Shown in pieces: positions 25,729 to 38,829 of a stretch of DNA of 64,000 nucleotides. Below the pieces are notes generated by a model. That model did not search any database. It had not been told where the DNA came from and saw only the letters and a program-made list of their open reading frames with translations. The stretch comes from Adineta vaga (lineage: Eukaryota; Animalia; Rotifera): assembly GCA_021613535.1 (NCBI GenBank), contig CP075493.1, forward strand, positions 11,284,001 through 11,348,000. The letters are read 5' to 3'. Every line of letters starts with the position of its first letter. Position 1 is the stretch's first letter. The position numbers were made by a program, and so were the translations under genes.

Positions 25729-26952
25729 ATGACTTTTCTACGTGTGATAATTATATTATTCGTTTCTATTCATTGTATCAATACTTTCGATGTAATGATG
25801 TATGCAAATATTCAATATACAATTCTTTATCATCAATATCGTGATTTATCCTTTCAATCGTATCCTTCTATGGGATATCCATTACAGGCCGATTGGATGT
25901 CTTTACCAATTCTTCATACATTTACGGATGGTTTTTTTTCTGGAATATTTTGGAATTTATTAGAAATAAATGCCACAGAAAATATTTTGAAAATGGCAAC
26001 TGATTTAACATTACCATTAGCTCCAAATGCTAATGTAACAAGTACACATGATATTGGTTTTGTTCTTATGTCAAGTTTTGGACATGCATATCGTTTATTA
26101 AAAATATCTGATTATTTACAAATTCTTATTACTGGTGCTAATTCATTAGCAACTCGTTATTCATCAACTGTTCGTTGTACACGATCTTGGGATAGTAAAG
26201 AAGGTTTTCTTGTTATTATCGATAATATGATGAATTTAGAATTATTATTTGAAGTAAGTAATCAAACAAAGAATCAAAAATATTATAATATTGCTTGGCA
26301 ACATGCTAATCGAACAATGTACGAACACTTTCGTTCAGATAATAGTACATATCATGTTGTTGAATATAATGAAACGGATGGAAGTGTTATTCGAAAGTAT
26401 ACAGCACAAGGTAAATATAACAATGAGTTATATTAAGTCTAAATTATCCATTTTACAGGTTATGCTGATTGGTCAACTTGGTCTCGAGGGCAAGCTTGGG
26501 CAGTTCATGGATTTACAATAGCATATCGGTATACGAAATATCCACCGTTTCTTGAGAAAGCGATAGGTGCAGCAAGTTATTTTCTTTCGCATCTTCCCAG
26601 TGATACAAACTTAATTCCCTATTGGGATTTTGATGCACCACATAATTCAACAATCATTTATCAACCACGAGATACATCAGCTGCAGCAATATTCTCAAGT
26701 GCACTTGTAGAACTATCACAATATGTTGTTGAACCTGAACTAAAAGAGAAATTTATAACAAATGCTAAAGCAATTGTTGATCAATTAACAAGTTCAACTT
26801 ATTTAATATCAGGTAACAAACAATATATTTTGCATGCTATTATGGCTAATGGAACGCATGGCCCTTATCCGCAAAAAGCATACGATGTAGCTACTGTATT
26901 TGGTGATTATTATTTAACACAAACCGTTTTACGTTTGCGTAAACTTCAATAA
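25729..26952 (+). CDS. Secreted glycoside hydrolase family 88 (unsaturated glucuronyl hydrolase-like); intron 26411-26458
   Basis: Signal peptide MTFLRVIIILFVSIHC. GH88 motifs THDIGF, VIIDNMMNLELL, STYHVVEY, TAQ|GYADWSTWSRGQAW, PYWDFDAP, RDTSAAAI, FGDYY. Confidence 0.88.
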
Positions 26953-27219
26953 TCATCTACGATAACATTCAATGGATTTATAAACTGTTAATATAAATCT
27001 GCGAGGCTCGATACCTTACACACTTATTTCATAGTATAGTTAGATCGTTTGATTGTGATTTTTCGTCGTTCATTGATAAAAATTCCGAAAAAAAATATCA
27101 TGAGAAGTAGATGATCTGACAGTTAGTGAAAAAAAAGCAATGGGAGAAGACACTCTCATCCTAGTGCGATAGAATGACATCTTTTAGTTTATTATTAAAG
27201 AAAAACACATTGAATTACA

Positions 27220-28258
27220 TTATTCACGTATGAGACGAAATCGAATTTTGTTAAACAAATGCTGTCTCAATTCGCGATTACATATAAATAGATTTATAAT
27301 TAAACTTAACAGAGATAGTTCGCACAATAAAACCAAAGATTCACGTACAATTAGGCGAATGGAAATAAATTGAGAGATAAATAACATGAAATATGTCGGA
27401 CCCCAACCACCAATAAACATAATGAACATAAAAATCATTTGTCGTAGAAAAGCGATTTCTCGTCGACTAATCAATGGGTGTTGTTGTTGTTGTTGTTGTT
27501 GTTGGAAGTTATTGCCGTTTGTAATTCGAGTGACAGTATATGCCGGTTGAACACGTTGGGTCGATGATCGAATGTAAATAAATATACGAATATTTAAAAT
27601 AATATTAATGAATGATGGTAAAATGACAACTAAAGTGCATAAATAAATGAGTGCCCATAATGGAACGAGACAATACTAAAACAAATATGTTTTTTATGTT
27701 TAACTGAGAACAATAATAAACTATCTAAATTTTGAATGGTAATTATTACACCTACACAGTCTATATATGACTATCATGAGACAACACCCACACCCACACC
27801 CTCAATAATTATGTATAACTTACGTGTCCTGATCGGAAAATAAATGGTAATGAAATAAGAAATTCACTAATCCATTGTCCAGCAATGCATACTAGCACCC
27901 ATTTTTTTGTTCGAAAAAAAGGTCGAGTATAATATAATATTAAGCAAAATCGATGTACAGTAAATGTAACGAACGCAAATGGCACTTGAATACTTGCTAT
28001 ACCATATGCATAGTAGACTAATAGACAAACTTCAGAAATAATCATCCTTCGAACGTCGAAAGCTGATAATAAATAATAGATAAGGAAAAAACTAGCACTG
28101 GCCATTATTGTACAACAGATGTTAAGTATAAACATGTTGTTTTGATGATGAAATCGACGATTCGATAGAATCAAAATTAAATAAATTGTTGTTAGACACA
28201 AAGCTAATCCCAAAAAAACGATTTCAACAATCATCAGAAGATATAGTATATCCACCAT
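27220..28258 (-). CDS. Rhodopsin-like 7TM GPCR, copy A (intron ~27818-27676)
   Basis: Seven hydrophobic segments, NNMFILN (TM2), DRY-equivalent 'VHRF', TM6 'FIGGWGP', helix 8 'NRELRQHL'. Confidence 0.75.
27481..27504 (-). repeat. (CAA)8 microsatellite encoding polyQ in the GPCR third intracellular loop
   Basis: ttg x8 on the + strand; the paralogue has only 3 Gln at this position. Confidence 0.9.
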
Positions 28259-28877
28259 GATAAAGAATATGTAATGAGTTGATGTAGAAGAAAAAAAAGA
28301 TATATAGTCGGATGTTTTATACATTTTATTTATAGAAAGATTTTCAAAGAAAAGAAAGAAAAAGAAAATATAACGACGATCATAATTATTTTAATAGAAG
28401 CCTTCGGATCTGCTAATCAAGATAGAACTGTTCTTCTGCACTTCCATCCCAATTTAAATCAGGAAAAATATTTTTTACAGTTGAAAATTGTGTAATAATT
28501 ATAATATCTAGGTTGAATACTTATCGAAAATATTTGCTTGAGTTCTTATTTTAGGACTAAAAGTTTCATGGAAGTTCCATCTGGAACTTGAATGCAAGAA
28601 AAATATTATATAGTTGCATACTTCTTGTTCATTTTTGAAAAAGGTCAATATATCCTTCAAGATGAGGGTAATGGTGGGTGTGCGTAGATGGAAGGATAGC
28701 AATAGGAGAAGACGCTCTCTTACTCCATCCCTCCGTCCACACTCACATTCACATCGATACTATTATAATATATGGAAGCAGGAATAAAAAATCTTTCTTA
28801 CTCTCGAATACTAATATAATTTATTGAAAAAAAAGTACAAATAGTTTTTTTTTGTCTCACTCATCAGTGTTCATTGA

Positions 28878-31295
28878 TTATAAGTAGTCAACATTATCCG
28901 CTTGTGTATAACTTTCATTTTTATGAAGATACTCATTTGTGGTTGGTTCAACTCTCGTTTTTCCACAACAACAACAACAACATCGTCTTCCACACAAATG
29001 TTCATCATACCAAGCCAATGTTCTAAGAGGTCGTGGTAACCATGACCATGTTTTCAAAACATTGGGTAGCCACTGTGGACGATAACTTTGAAGTAAATTT
29101 ATCACAACAACAGCAATAAGAATCAATGCAATAGGTCCCAAAACTCCGCCAAACACATACCTAATCAAATACAAAGATTATATCTTCATATTTTGATGAA
29201 AAGAACGAATCGTTTACTTACCATCCAGCAAGAGAAAGACCAAAAACAATTAAAGGAATAAGAAAAAATGCTGCTATGATGTAGACAACAGCGAACCATC
29301 GATAAGTTGCTGTAATTTCACCTAATTTCTTCGCCATGGGAATAGGAAAACGCATAAATGGTATAGGAAACCAAAGCAAAATTCCTAAAAACATAAATAT
29401 TTTTACAAAAAAAATAATGTTAATTTCAATGGAACAGCATTTCTACTCACCAAAAATATTAAAGAATGTATGACACAATGCAATTTGAATTGAATTTTTC
29501 AATTCATTAGAACTTGCTGTTAAGGCAGCCATAATACCTGTAACTGTCGTGCCAATATTTGAACCTAATGTAAATGGATAAACTCTATCCACTGTAATGA
29601 TTCCTAAGCCAACTAATGGTGTTAATGTAGATGTAAATATTGAACTACTTTGCACTAATATAGTCAAAATACATCCAACCTAAACAATCAAAGAAGTAAA
29701 GCAGATGTTTAAACAAGATCTAAATGTTTACTAAAATAGCTAAATAAGGTGTGAAATATCGAGATCGTCCAGGAAGATTCGAGTTTACTACTTTGAAAAT
29801 TAAATTTTTCACTGTTCCTTTCAATAATGATTGAAGAATTTTCACCAGAACAATCAGACAAAAGCATAAGCAAATAATGGCTATGAGTAATAAAACAAGT
29901 CCAATGATCCATTCTGCCCATGGTACTTTAGCAAATAGAAATGAACAATGTCGATTTGGAACTAAACTGAATGTGCCATTATCGCTTTCATTTTTAAATG
30001 AACAATATCGTTTCAATATATTTATATCAGTTCGATTTGGTTGTAATGCAAGAGTTTGAATAGCTTTGCGATCGAGCTAGAATATAAAACAAGAGGAAAA
30101 TTTTCAATTGAAAAGTGTTCACATCATGTTAAAAATAAGAAAAAAATATACTTGAACAATTCGTTCAGTTAAAGGTTTTGTAATAACTGTTAAAAATTCG
30201 GGATTCGAATTTGAATTTCGTTTGAAATTGATTAATTTCGTTATTCCATCAGTAAGATGAAATAACATACCTTAATTGTTTCATTATTCGAAAATCAAAC
30301 AATTCCCGAAGAAACACGCCTCACCTGATACTATCTCCAAAGGTAATAGAACAAGAACACTCAACCAATTGAACATATCATGAACAGTTGCACCAGCAAA
30401 TGCGCGACGAAATTCTTCACGATTTCCCTAAAACAAAATGCAAGTTCTCTTCATGTTCAAATGTCTAGCTTTTCTACGAACCGATTGAGTCAATGCAACT
30501 AATGTATTGGTCACCGATGTTCCTTTTATTGTTTAAAAGAAAATTCGTAGAAATATTGGTAACAAACTATTGATAGTCAAATAAGTTACCTATATTAGCT
30601 CCTAATAATAAGGAAAAAGAATGTGTCTAGTGAATGGAAAAGGAATTCACTATTTACCCATGACCATTGGTATGGCTCTTTGTACAGAAAGGGCTAATTA
30701 ATTAGAATGAAACTTCAAATAGTTTCGAGAAAGAAAATAATATTACTTTCTGATGAAACCATGGCTACAATAATAGAGGTCGATGTTGATGAACTTTGAA
30801 CAAGAACTGTTGTCAATAAACCAATCATTAATCCTGCTATTGGATTGGAAAGTATTGCACCTTCTGCAAACACTTTCCCCGTTGCTTTACCTAATTAAAA
30901 GAAAAACATTCTTCTGTGCATGATAAATAAAGTTCAATACCTCCGACAAGTCGAAAGCCGGAACTCATCAGATCCAAGGCACATACAAACAAATATAAAA
31001 GCATTAATAAAGATAGTACTTTAATGGTGACAATTGCTACAACTTTGATTCGTTTCTTGGTATCCCAATCTAAATGAGCAACAGCCTTATAAGAGAATCA
31101 AACCTTTCACTTTCACTTACTCTTCCAGGAATTGGGTTCGTTATTCTTAGGTTCTTCAACAGGTTGCTGTTCATCAACAAAGATTTTATTTGACTCTCCA
31201 ACCATTACTTTTTCTTGTGAACGACACCATAATCTTTTTCAGATTTCCTTATATAGTTTTTGGAGACGCTCGAACTCTCTTCTACTATGATTCAT
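28878..31295 (-). CDS. SLC34 sodium-dependent phosphate cotransporter (NaPi-IIb-like), multi-exon
   Basis: Duplicated signature VQSSSTSTS / [19 protein letters not shown] / [35 protein letters not shown], and a C-terminal Cys cluster (CCCCCC). Confidence 0.92.
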
Positions 31296-32189
31296 GATGA
31301 TTCAAGAAAATTTCACGAATTTATCACGTATAAAGCGCATGTTTTCTAACAACACAGGTACATTACAACACATCGTCATTTGTTGAAAAAAACGACAACA
31401 TTTATCAGTGCAAAAATGTACCTGATGCATGTTGAAAATAGGCAGACAACAATTCTTTCCAATGAAGTAAATATTAAAGAATTTGGTGAATCATAAATGT
31501 CAAATACGAAATATTTTCGATAAGGATGAATATGATATCGAAAGATGAGAGTTGATTGTTTTCTAGTCAATGGAATTTCTTCATATATAAAAATGTTTTT
31601 TCTTTCCTTATCGTAATCATCATTAAGACCACCTATAAATGTTTTAAAATAATGATGATACGTAATAAATACAGTATTTCACAAAAAAGAATTCAGTAGA
31701 GAATTTAATCATTATTCACATTGACGCATCTAAATTCGAATGTAATAAAAGTTGTTTTTTTTCTCATATATTCTAGAAGAGATTTAGCATAACTGCAAAA
31801 GTACAATAACAAATATTAAACTCTATTTTCTTCTCTTTTCAGGTGTAAATTGGATGCACGACTGTATCATCAACAATATGACATATATTAAGTCATGATA
31901 CTTAACTAAAACGTCGAGATAGATCAAGATTTCTATTTCATCAATTGCTATATTACATCTTCAGATCAGAAACAGATCTAAAACCATTTTGTGATGAAAT
32001 ATAATACTTTATCAAAAGATATTAAAAAAAAACAGAAAAGCTGGCAGTACTGATCTGGTATCAGTTTTCTGACCTACAGCTAGTGCACAAGTATCATTCT
32101 TTTCTATTCGTTTTCGCTTTGTTTCATAATTTCAATTACTTGTAAAACTTTGTCGAGTTGAAAATGATTTTAGAAATGGTTACACATAG

Positions 32190-32440
32190 TTCAATTTATG
32201 CTCTCTTCTTTCGTTTTTGCTTGTACAGGCCATTGGTTTGGTATTCAATTAGATTTAATGACTTGTTGTTTAACATTTGTTAAAACAATTCTCTCCGTTC
32301 TTTTACGTCATCAAACGGAAACATCAACAGTCGTTTTAGCTTTATCTTATTGTATAAGTTTATTTAACTGTACTTTTTCAATGGGCAGTTCGATAATCGA
32401 TTGAAATGGAAAATTTTATGACAAGTGTAGAACGAATTGA
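32190..32440 (+). pseudogene. Fragment of an ABCC/MRP transporter TMD2
   Basis: HWFGIQLDL...LALSYCISL then, after a frameshift, FQWAVR*SIEMENFMTSVERI, matching the ABCC4-type 'QW.VRQ..E.EN.MTSVERI' motif. No intact ORF. Confidence 0.65.
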
Positions 32441-33477
32441 ATTTACGAATTATAAATTAGTTTTAAAAGGAATTATGCTCGGAAGCATCGTTGCCGGAAA
32501 ATCATCGATTTTTATTTACTGATACACTTCATTATAATATTGATCATAGCAGAATATTGAAGTCATTTTAATGTAAGTAAATGCCGATTGATCTATATTA
32601 AACGAGAGAGTCGCGGGAATCAATTAACTCGACGACAAAACGGATAGAATTCATCTTCTGAATCAAGATTTAATTGAAGATTATGAAATATTAAAAGATA
32701 TTCTTACAAAACAAAATCATTTATTGAATGAACATAAACATCGTTATCGAAATGATTATAAAAAAATTTACATTCTTTTTTGTAATCACGCTGGTGATGC
32801 ATAGAATGTTTTAGAAATATTTAAGTAAATAGAACCATTTTGATAAAAAAGATGAATATAACTTTGAGGATGTACAAATGATTGATATGTAGTATGATTA
32901 AGACGTTATGAGAATCGTGGACGAATGATTATTTCTCAGGTCGTATCTTTATCCTGTAATGAATCTCAGCATTTTCGTTTTTTAAGATAACGAATAGTTG
33001 GTTGAAAATAAATCAATATATGTCATTATTTGAATATGTCCGTTTATCAATAGTAATTTAAAAACGTAGTTTACTCGCTGGAGTAGTTGGAAAAGAAAAA
33101 AGGACATGTATTGATTAAATATTGTCTCGTTCTTTTGTGATTGTGATGATCACTCAATCGTGACGGAAAAAAAAGAGTGAATAAATTGTACCACGGACAA
33201 ATTTTAGTCACGACACGTGTTCCTATCCTCCAAATCAAGTTTCATTCGATAATTATGTCTGAGTCATACCTGGTTACTCCTGTTTGCAATATACAAATCA
33301 TGTTTATGTTTTTCTCTATATTTATACTGGATCAGTTTGAAAACATCTCCGATACTTTCATACATCGAAAAATTTTTTACAGTGATTAGATGATTCAGTG
33401 TAATATTCAATTGTATTTCTGTTCACATCCTCAAAAACAACAAAAACGCTTTACAACGAAACGGGGTGGGTTTTACA

Positions 33478-34659
33478 TTATTCACGTACAAAACAAAATC
33501 GAATTTTGTTAAACAAATGCTGTCTCAATTCACGATTACATATAAATAGATTTATAATTAAACTTAATAGAGATAGTTCGCACAATAAAACTAAAGATTC
33601 ACGTAGAATTCGTTGAACAGAAATAAATTGAGGTATAAATAACATGAAATATGTCGGACCCCAACCACCAATAAACATAATGAACATAAAAATCATTTGT
33701 CGTAGAAAAGCAATTTCTCGTCGACTAATCAATGGGTGTTGTTGCTGGAAGTTATTGCCGTTTGTAATTTGAGTGACAGCATATGCCGGTTGAACACGTT
33801 GGGTAGATGAGCGAATGTAAATAAATATACGAATATTTAAAATAATATTAATGATCGATGGTAAAATGACAACTAAAGTGCATAAATAAATGAGTGCCCA
33901 TAATGGAACAAGACAATACTAAAAACAAATATGTTTTATGTTTAGTTGAGAACAACAATAAAATATTAAAATTTTGAACGGTAATTATTACACCTACACA
34001 CTCTGTGCACTCATATTCTGTCAAAATTTACGTCTATATATAGCTTTAATGGGAAGAAAATTTACTGCGCGTTACGAAATGATATAATATACTAATTAAA
34101 CAACAGTCTTGTCACCCTAAATCTATTAAAGTCAGTATTGCTTTAAGGAAAATATTCTGTTCTCTGAATCTATTTTTAACAGATTCTATTACGTAGATGA
34201 TTGTTAGAATTATGTATAACTTACGTGTCCTGATCGGAAAATAAATGGTAACGAAATGAGAAATTCACTAATCCATTGCCCAGCAATACATATAAACACC
34301 CATTTGTTTGTTCGAAAAAAAGGTCGAGTATGATACAATATTGAACAGAATCGATGTACAGTAAATGTAACGAAAGCAAATGGCATTTGAATGCTGGCTA
34401 TACTATATGCATAGTAGATTACTAGACAAACATCAGAAATAATAAAACGTCGAGCATCGAAATTGGTTAATATAAGATAGATAATAAAAAAGATGGCACT
34501 TGCCATTATTGTAAAACAAATGTTAAGTATAAACATATTGTTTTGATGATAGAATCGACGATTGGACAAAATCGAAATAGAATAAATTGTTGTTAAGCAT
34601 AATGCTAATCCCAAAAAACTTACTTGAAGAATAATCAGGAGAGATATTATATCAACCAT
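33478..34659 (-). CDS. Rhodopsin-like 7TM GPCR, copy B (paralogue of 27220-28258, longer intron)
   Basis: Near-identical protein segments to copy A (e.g. SRREIAFLRQMIFMFIMFIGGWGPTYF). The upstream ~230 nt are also shared. Confidence 0.75.
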
Positions 34660-35299
34660 GATAAAGAATATGTAATGATTTGATGTAGGACAGAAAAGAT
34701 ATATAGTCGGATGTTTTATACATTTTATTTATAGAAAGATTTTCAAAGAAAAGAAAGAAAAAAGAAAATTCAATGACGATAGTAATTTTTCTAATGGAAA
34801 CTTTCAGTCACACTAATCAAGACAGAATTATTCTTCTCCTTGTCCATCTCAATTCAAATCAGGACGAATATTGTTTACATTTGAAAACAAAAGGATAATC
34901 ACGACAGTATTTCTATTTTAGGAATACATGATCCATATAATCATTGTTACAAAACTAGTATGCAAGATGAATGATCTGTGATGTGAAGAAAATTCCTTGA
35001 ATGTTGTTGTTGTACTTTGGAATTCTCAGAGGTAAATGTTTTTTTTTCTATCGCCTACTATAGATAAGAAAAGATCATATCTGTTTCAATTGCGTGAATT
35101 GCTTTTTCCTTTGACATCTTAGTTTATTCTTCATATTTTATTCTCACGTATTTGGACTTATTCCCTACAACAATTTTTAAATTTACAGCAAGGCCTCTTA
35201 TCTCCATCTGTTAATTTTACCAATACTCAGCAATATTAAGGGTAGACATCTAAATTTTTCCCCATCGATATGATAAAGCCAGTGATTCACATGGACACA

Positions 35300-35318
35300 C
35301 ATATATATATATATATAT
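35300..35318. repeat. (AT)n microsatellite
   Basis: atatatatatatatatat run. Confidence 0.85.
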
Positions 35319-35397
35319 AGGGTAAGTTTGAAGCAGAACTTTCAATATAGAAAATCTTCCCGTTATTTGTCGTTTCAGATATTGGCAATAATATCGA

Positions 35398-36859
35398 ATG
35401 GCTGAAACTATACAGGATACATCAACAGAAGCTGAAATCATTGATATTTTATCATTGGATGATAATGAACAAAAAGACAAAATTCTTGGTGATCTTTTAA
35501 AAATGGTCGACAATCATTGATCAAATATAAAGATGACATCATACCCAAAATCTATAAAGAAGTCATGGACGATAATGATTCGACATTGATCATTTTATTG
35601 AAGAAAAATATCGAACAATCGCTCGAAAAAAAATATGGTACAAACCATGAATGGTTCATGTCATTTCTTAAGGAATATCAAAATGGAGAAAATCATGATG
35701 TGTATGATCGTGTTTTGATGCGTACAGTTGATTATGGAACGACATATATGAAAGATTCTCCAATATTATCATTTGCCTTACAATTTCTTTTCGAAGGACT
35801 TGATGATGATTGCATGCAACAAAGCAAAGTATTTGATAATTTATGGTTTACTATTACTAACGATGGTTTACAATCTATTACTCAATTTTCTGATTATATT
35901 ACTAAAAGTGTCATGAACGAACAATTGAAAAGTCAATCTGCCTTGTTTCTTGCTTTAAAAGAATATTATCGAGAAAAAGTGTGTGCAACCTTGAAAGATT
36001 GTAATATTTCGGACAAGCGAAATTTACATAACTTAGTATTGGATGATGTAGTTAACAATGGTTGGCTAAGTGATGTGAACTCAATCAAGGATGAAGTAAC
36101 ACCAAAATCATATAATATATTATTGGAAAAACTTCATTCATATCATCAGAAAAAAGAACATGAACATAAATTAAAACAAAAGCAACCACCAAAGCAAGAA
36201 AAAAGTGAGTTAAATTATATGAAAATGATGGTTTTGACCTTCGTATTATTTTATTTTAGAGACTGAAAAAAGCGAATCTAGTAGCTCGGACGAGAGCGAG
36301 GAAGAAGAAGATTCATTTAAACCACGTGCTGGTTTCACTGCAGAACAAAATGCATGTCAAAAAGAAGCATTAAAACTTCATAATATTTTACGAGCTTGTC
36401 ATGGTGTTTCTCCTCTTGTCCTCGACGATGATATTAATCGAAAAGCACAAGCTTATGCTGATTATCTGGCACAAAGCGGTCGATTTTAACATAGCTCAGA
36501 TCGAAATGGACTTGGTGAAAATTTATACTGTCAAATGGGTTCTACGGGAATGGATAAAACTGGGAATGGTACGTAGATGTCGATGACTTGTCTTTTTACT
36601 TCAATACATTACTCTGTTTCAAATAGGCACACGAGCTACTCAATCATGGTATGATGAAATCAAATATTATAACTTTAATCGACCTGGTTTTTCCAGTGCA
36701 ACAGGTCATTTCACTCAAGTTGTTTGGAAAAGCAGTACGAAATTAGGTATGGGAGTAGCGTTTGGAAACGGAGGACAAAGAGTCGTTGTTGTTGCACAAT
36801 ATGGTCCTGCCGGTAATATGATGGGTGCATTTCCACAAAATGTTCCACCTCTTCGTTAA
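35398..36859 (+). pseudogene. CAP/SCP (GAPR-1-like) domain protein with ~300-aa N-terminal extension, disrupted
   Basis: HNILRACHGVSPL, GENLY, WYDEIKYYNF, TGHFTQVVWKSS..LGMG, VVAQYGPAGN. Frameshift near 35512 and in-frame TAA at 36487-36489. Confidence 0.75.
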
Positions 36860-36937
36860 ACTTTATTACGAAAGAGAAAATACTGACTTTAACTAAGTGA
36901 ACACATTTTATTCTCGAGAGAATATTTTATTAATTTT

Positions 36938-38543
36938 TCAAGTCATTATAATTATCTGTTCTTCTTCTTCTTCTTCTTCATGTAAATCTTCCAAGGCTGA
37001 TTCTATAGTTATCGATGTTCGTTTCCGTTGATGAACAAAATAAATCACATTTGATATAATATAAAGAGAGATAGATGCTAACATACAACTAACTAATAAT
37101 GATGGAAATTGATTTGGATTCCAATCCATCACAAACCCTTAACAAAGAAAAAATTCTTTAATTGTTTCAGTATTCATTCCCTTTTACCAGCTAATTTTTG
37201 AAATACAATCATTCCAAATGCTGCTCCGGAAAAAACTAAAGCAAGTAACATTGGCGTAACATTTAATCGTTTATTAAATAAAGCAAATGTCAATGGAATT
37301 AATGGTGAAAATACCAATCCGGTTGAAGCGCCCAGAATAAATAAATTTGTTCCAGTTAAACCAATAATCCAAACAAATACTAACCATGTTATCGCAAGAC
37401 ATAAAGCAATAAACCAAAGAATATTTAGACAGATACTAACGGATAAAAATACCGATATGATAGCAATAATCAAACGACCAATCTAAATAGAAGAGATTAA
37501 TTCTGATTGATCAAAGGTGATATACATACTGAATAGGAAAGCCAGTAGAGAATTATTCCCCAACTTGCAGTTTCTATGGATAGATGAAATTTATCCGATT
37601 TTAAATAAGTAAAAAAGAATTTGGAAAATGTTTGATCGTTTCCAATAATGAAAAATATGCAAGAAATGAAAAGTATTGAAAGAATCAATTCAAAGGAACG
37701 CGAAGAATTTGATGAACATTTTTCTTCATTTTTTGTATTTACAACAGCATAATCGACCTAAAATTCATAGACTTCTATAATTTCCTTTCTCTCACTTTCT
37801 TCTCCACATTTACTTGTTGAACTACTAATTTCTCTTTGGAATTTTTCAATGCTTGAATATAGAAAAATACAAAACCAATTGCCATCAAGATGCATAAACT
37901 TGCAGTAATACTGTATGGTATTACAATGTTTGTTCGTGTTGAATTAACAAATGGACGTATGAGTAAGTTCACAAAAATAGCACCAATTCCATATCCTAAT
38001 TGAACAATATTCAATGGTGCTGCTGCATTTGTACCCCACATTGCTAATAGAACATTTGTTCCACATAAATCAATCAAACCTTGACCAATGCCATGAATGA
38101 AAAATAAACCACAAATGACAAACAATGATCCCATATGTGGAGTAAGAAAAACCACTAAAATATAAAATTATTATGTAATTTCATATACATACAATGAAAG
38201 TATATACCGATGGCTGATAAAAGAAATGCAATAATTAATAATCCATCAGAATGTTTTTTTACAATTTTTTGAAGAATTACCCCAAGAATATTTGCAACTA
38301 GATAACCAATACCTCGTGCGGCAAGAGCTGAACCGATGCCACTAAAATCAACTTGAAGTCTCTTTGCAAGAATTGTCATAGTTGGCCCAATAAGTTCAAC
38401 ATGCATAGCCTTGAATAGTTGATAAAATTCAATATTAAACAGAGAAAAAAAAGAGAACTTACCATAACAATCCATGTAAGAAGAAGAAATCCAGTTTTGA
38501 TTAAATACCATGGATTTTTAAAATAAGTTGATTTGCTTGCCAT
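36938..38543 (-). CDS. MFS transporter (MFSD4/FucP-like sugar permease), multi-exon
   Basis: About 12 TM segments over spliced exons: ELIGPT, GIGQGLID.CGTNVLL.MWG..AAAPLN...GYGIGA, YWLSYS|IGRL, GLVFSPLIP. Confidence 0.8.
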
Positions 38544-38829
38544 TTCTTCTTTCTGGTAAATGAAATGAAAAATAGTAATATGTTGATTTCGTACTGTTTG
38601 CCGATGGAATAAAGACAAATATAAAGAAAAGCATCACTGTATTTTATGTTTGATACTATATGCTCGTTAGAAATACAATACAACACAACGTTGTTTTTTC
38701 ATCTATTTGAAGAGAACAAAATCACAAATAAGATGATAATGTATTAAATAGAACTTTATTTTTATGTTAAAATACAACAATAATGACTGATAGTATATAC
38801 TAAACGTTCACAAATTATATTCTTTCGGA

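Noticed and set aside
36487-36489. Alternative genetic code (TAA=Gln) to explain in-frame TAA here and at 4231
   Set aside because: TAA terminates many intact genes in the window, and long ORFs have no internal TAA. Both affected genes also carry frameshifts.
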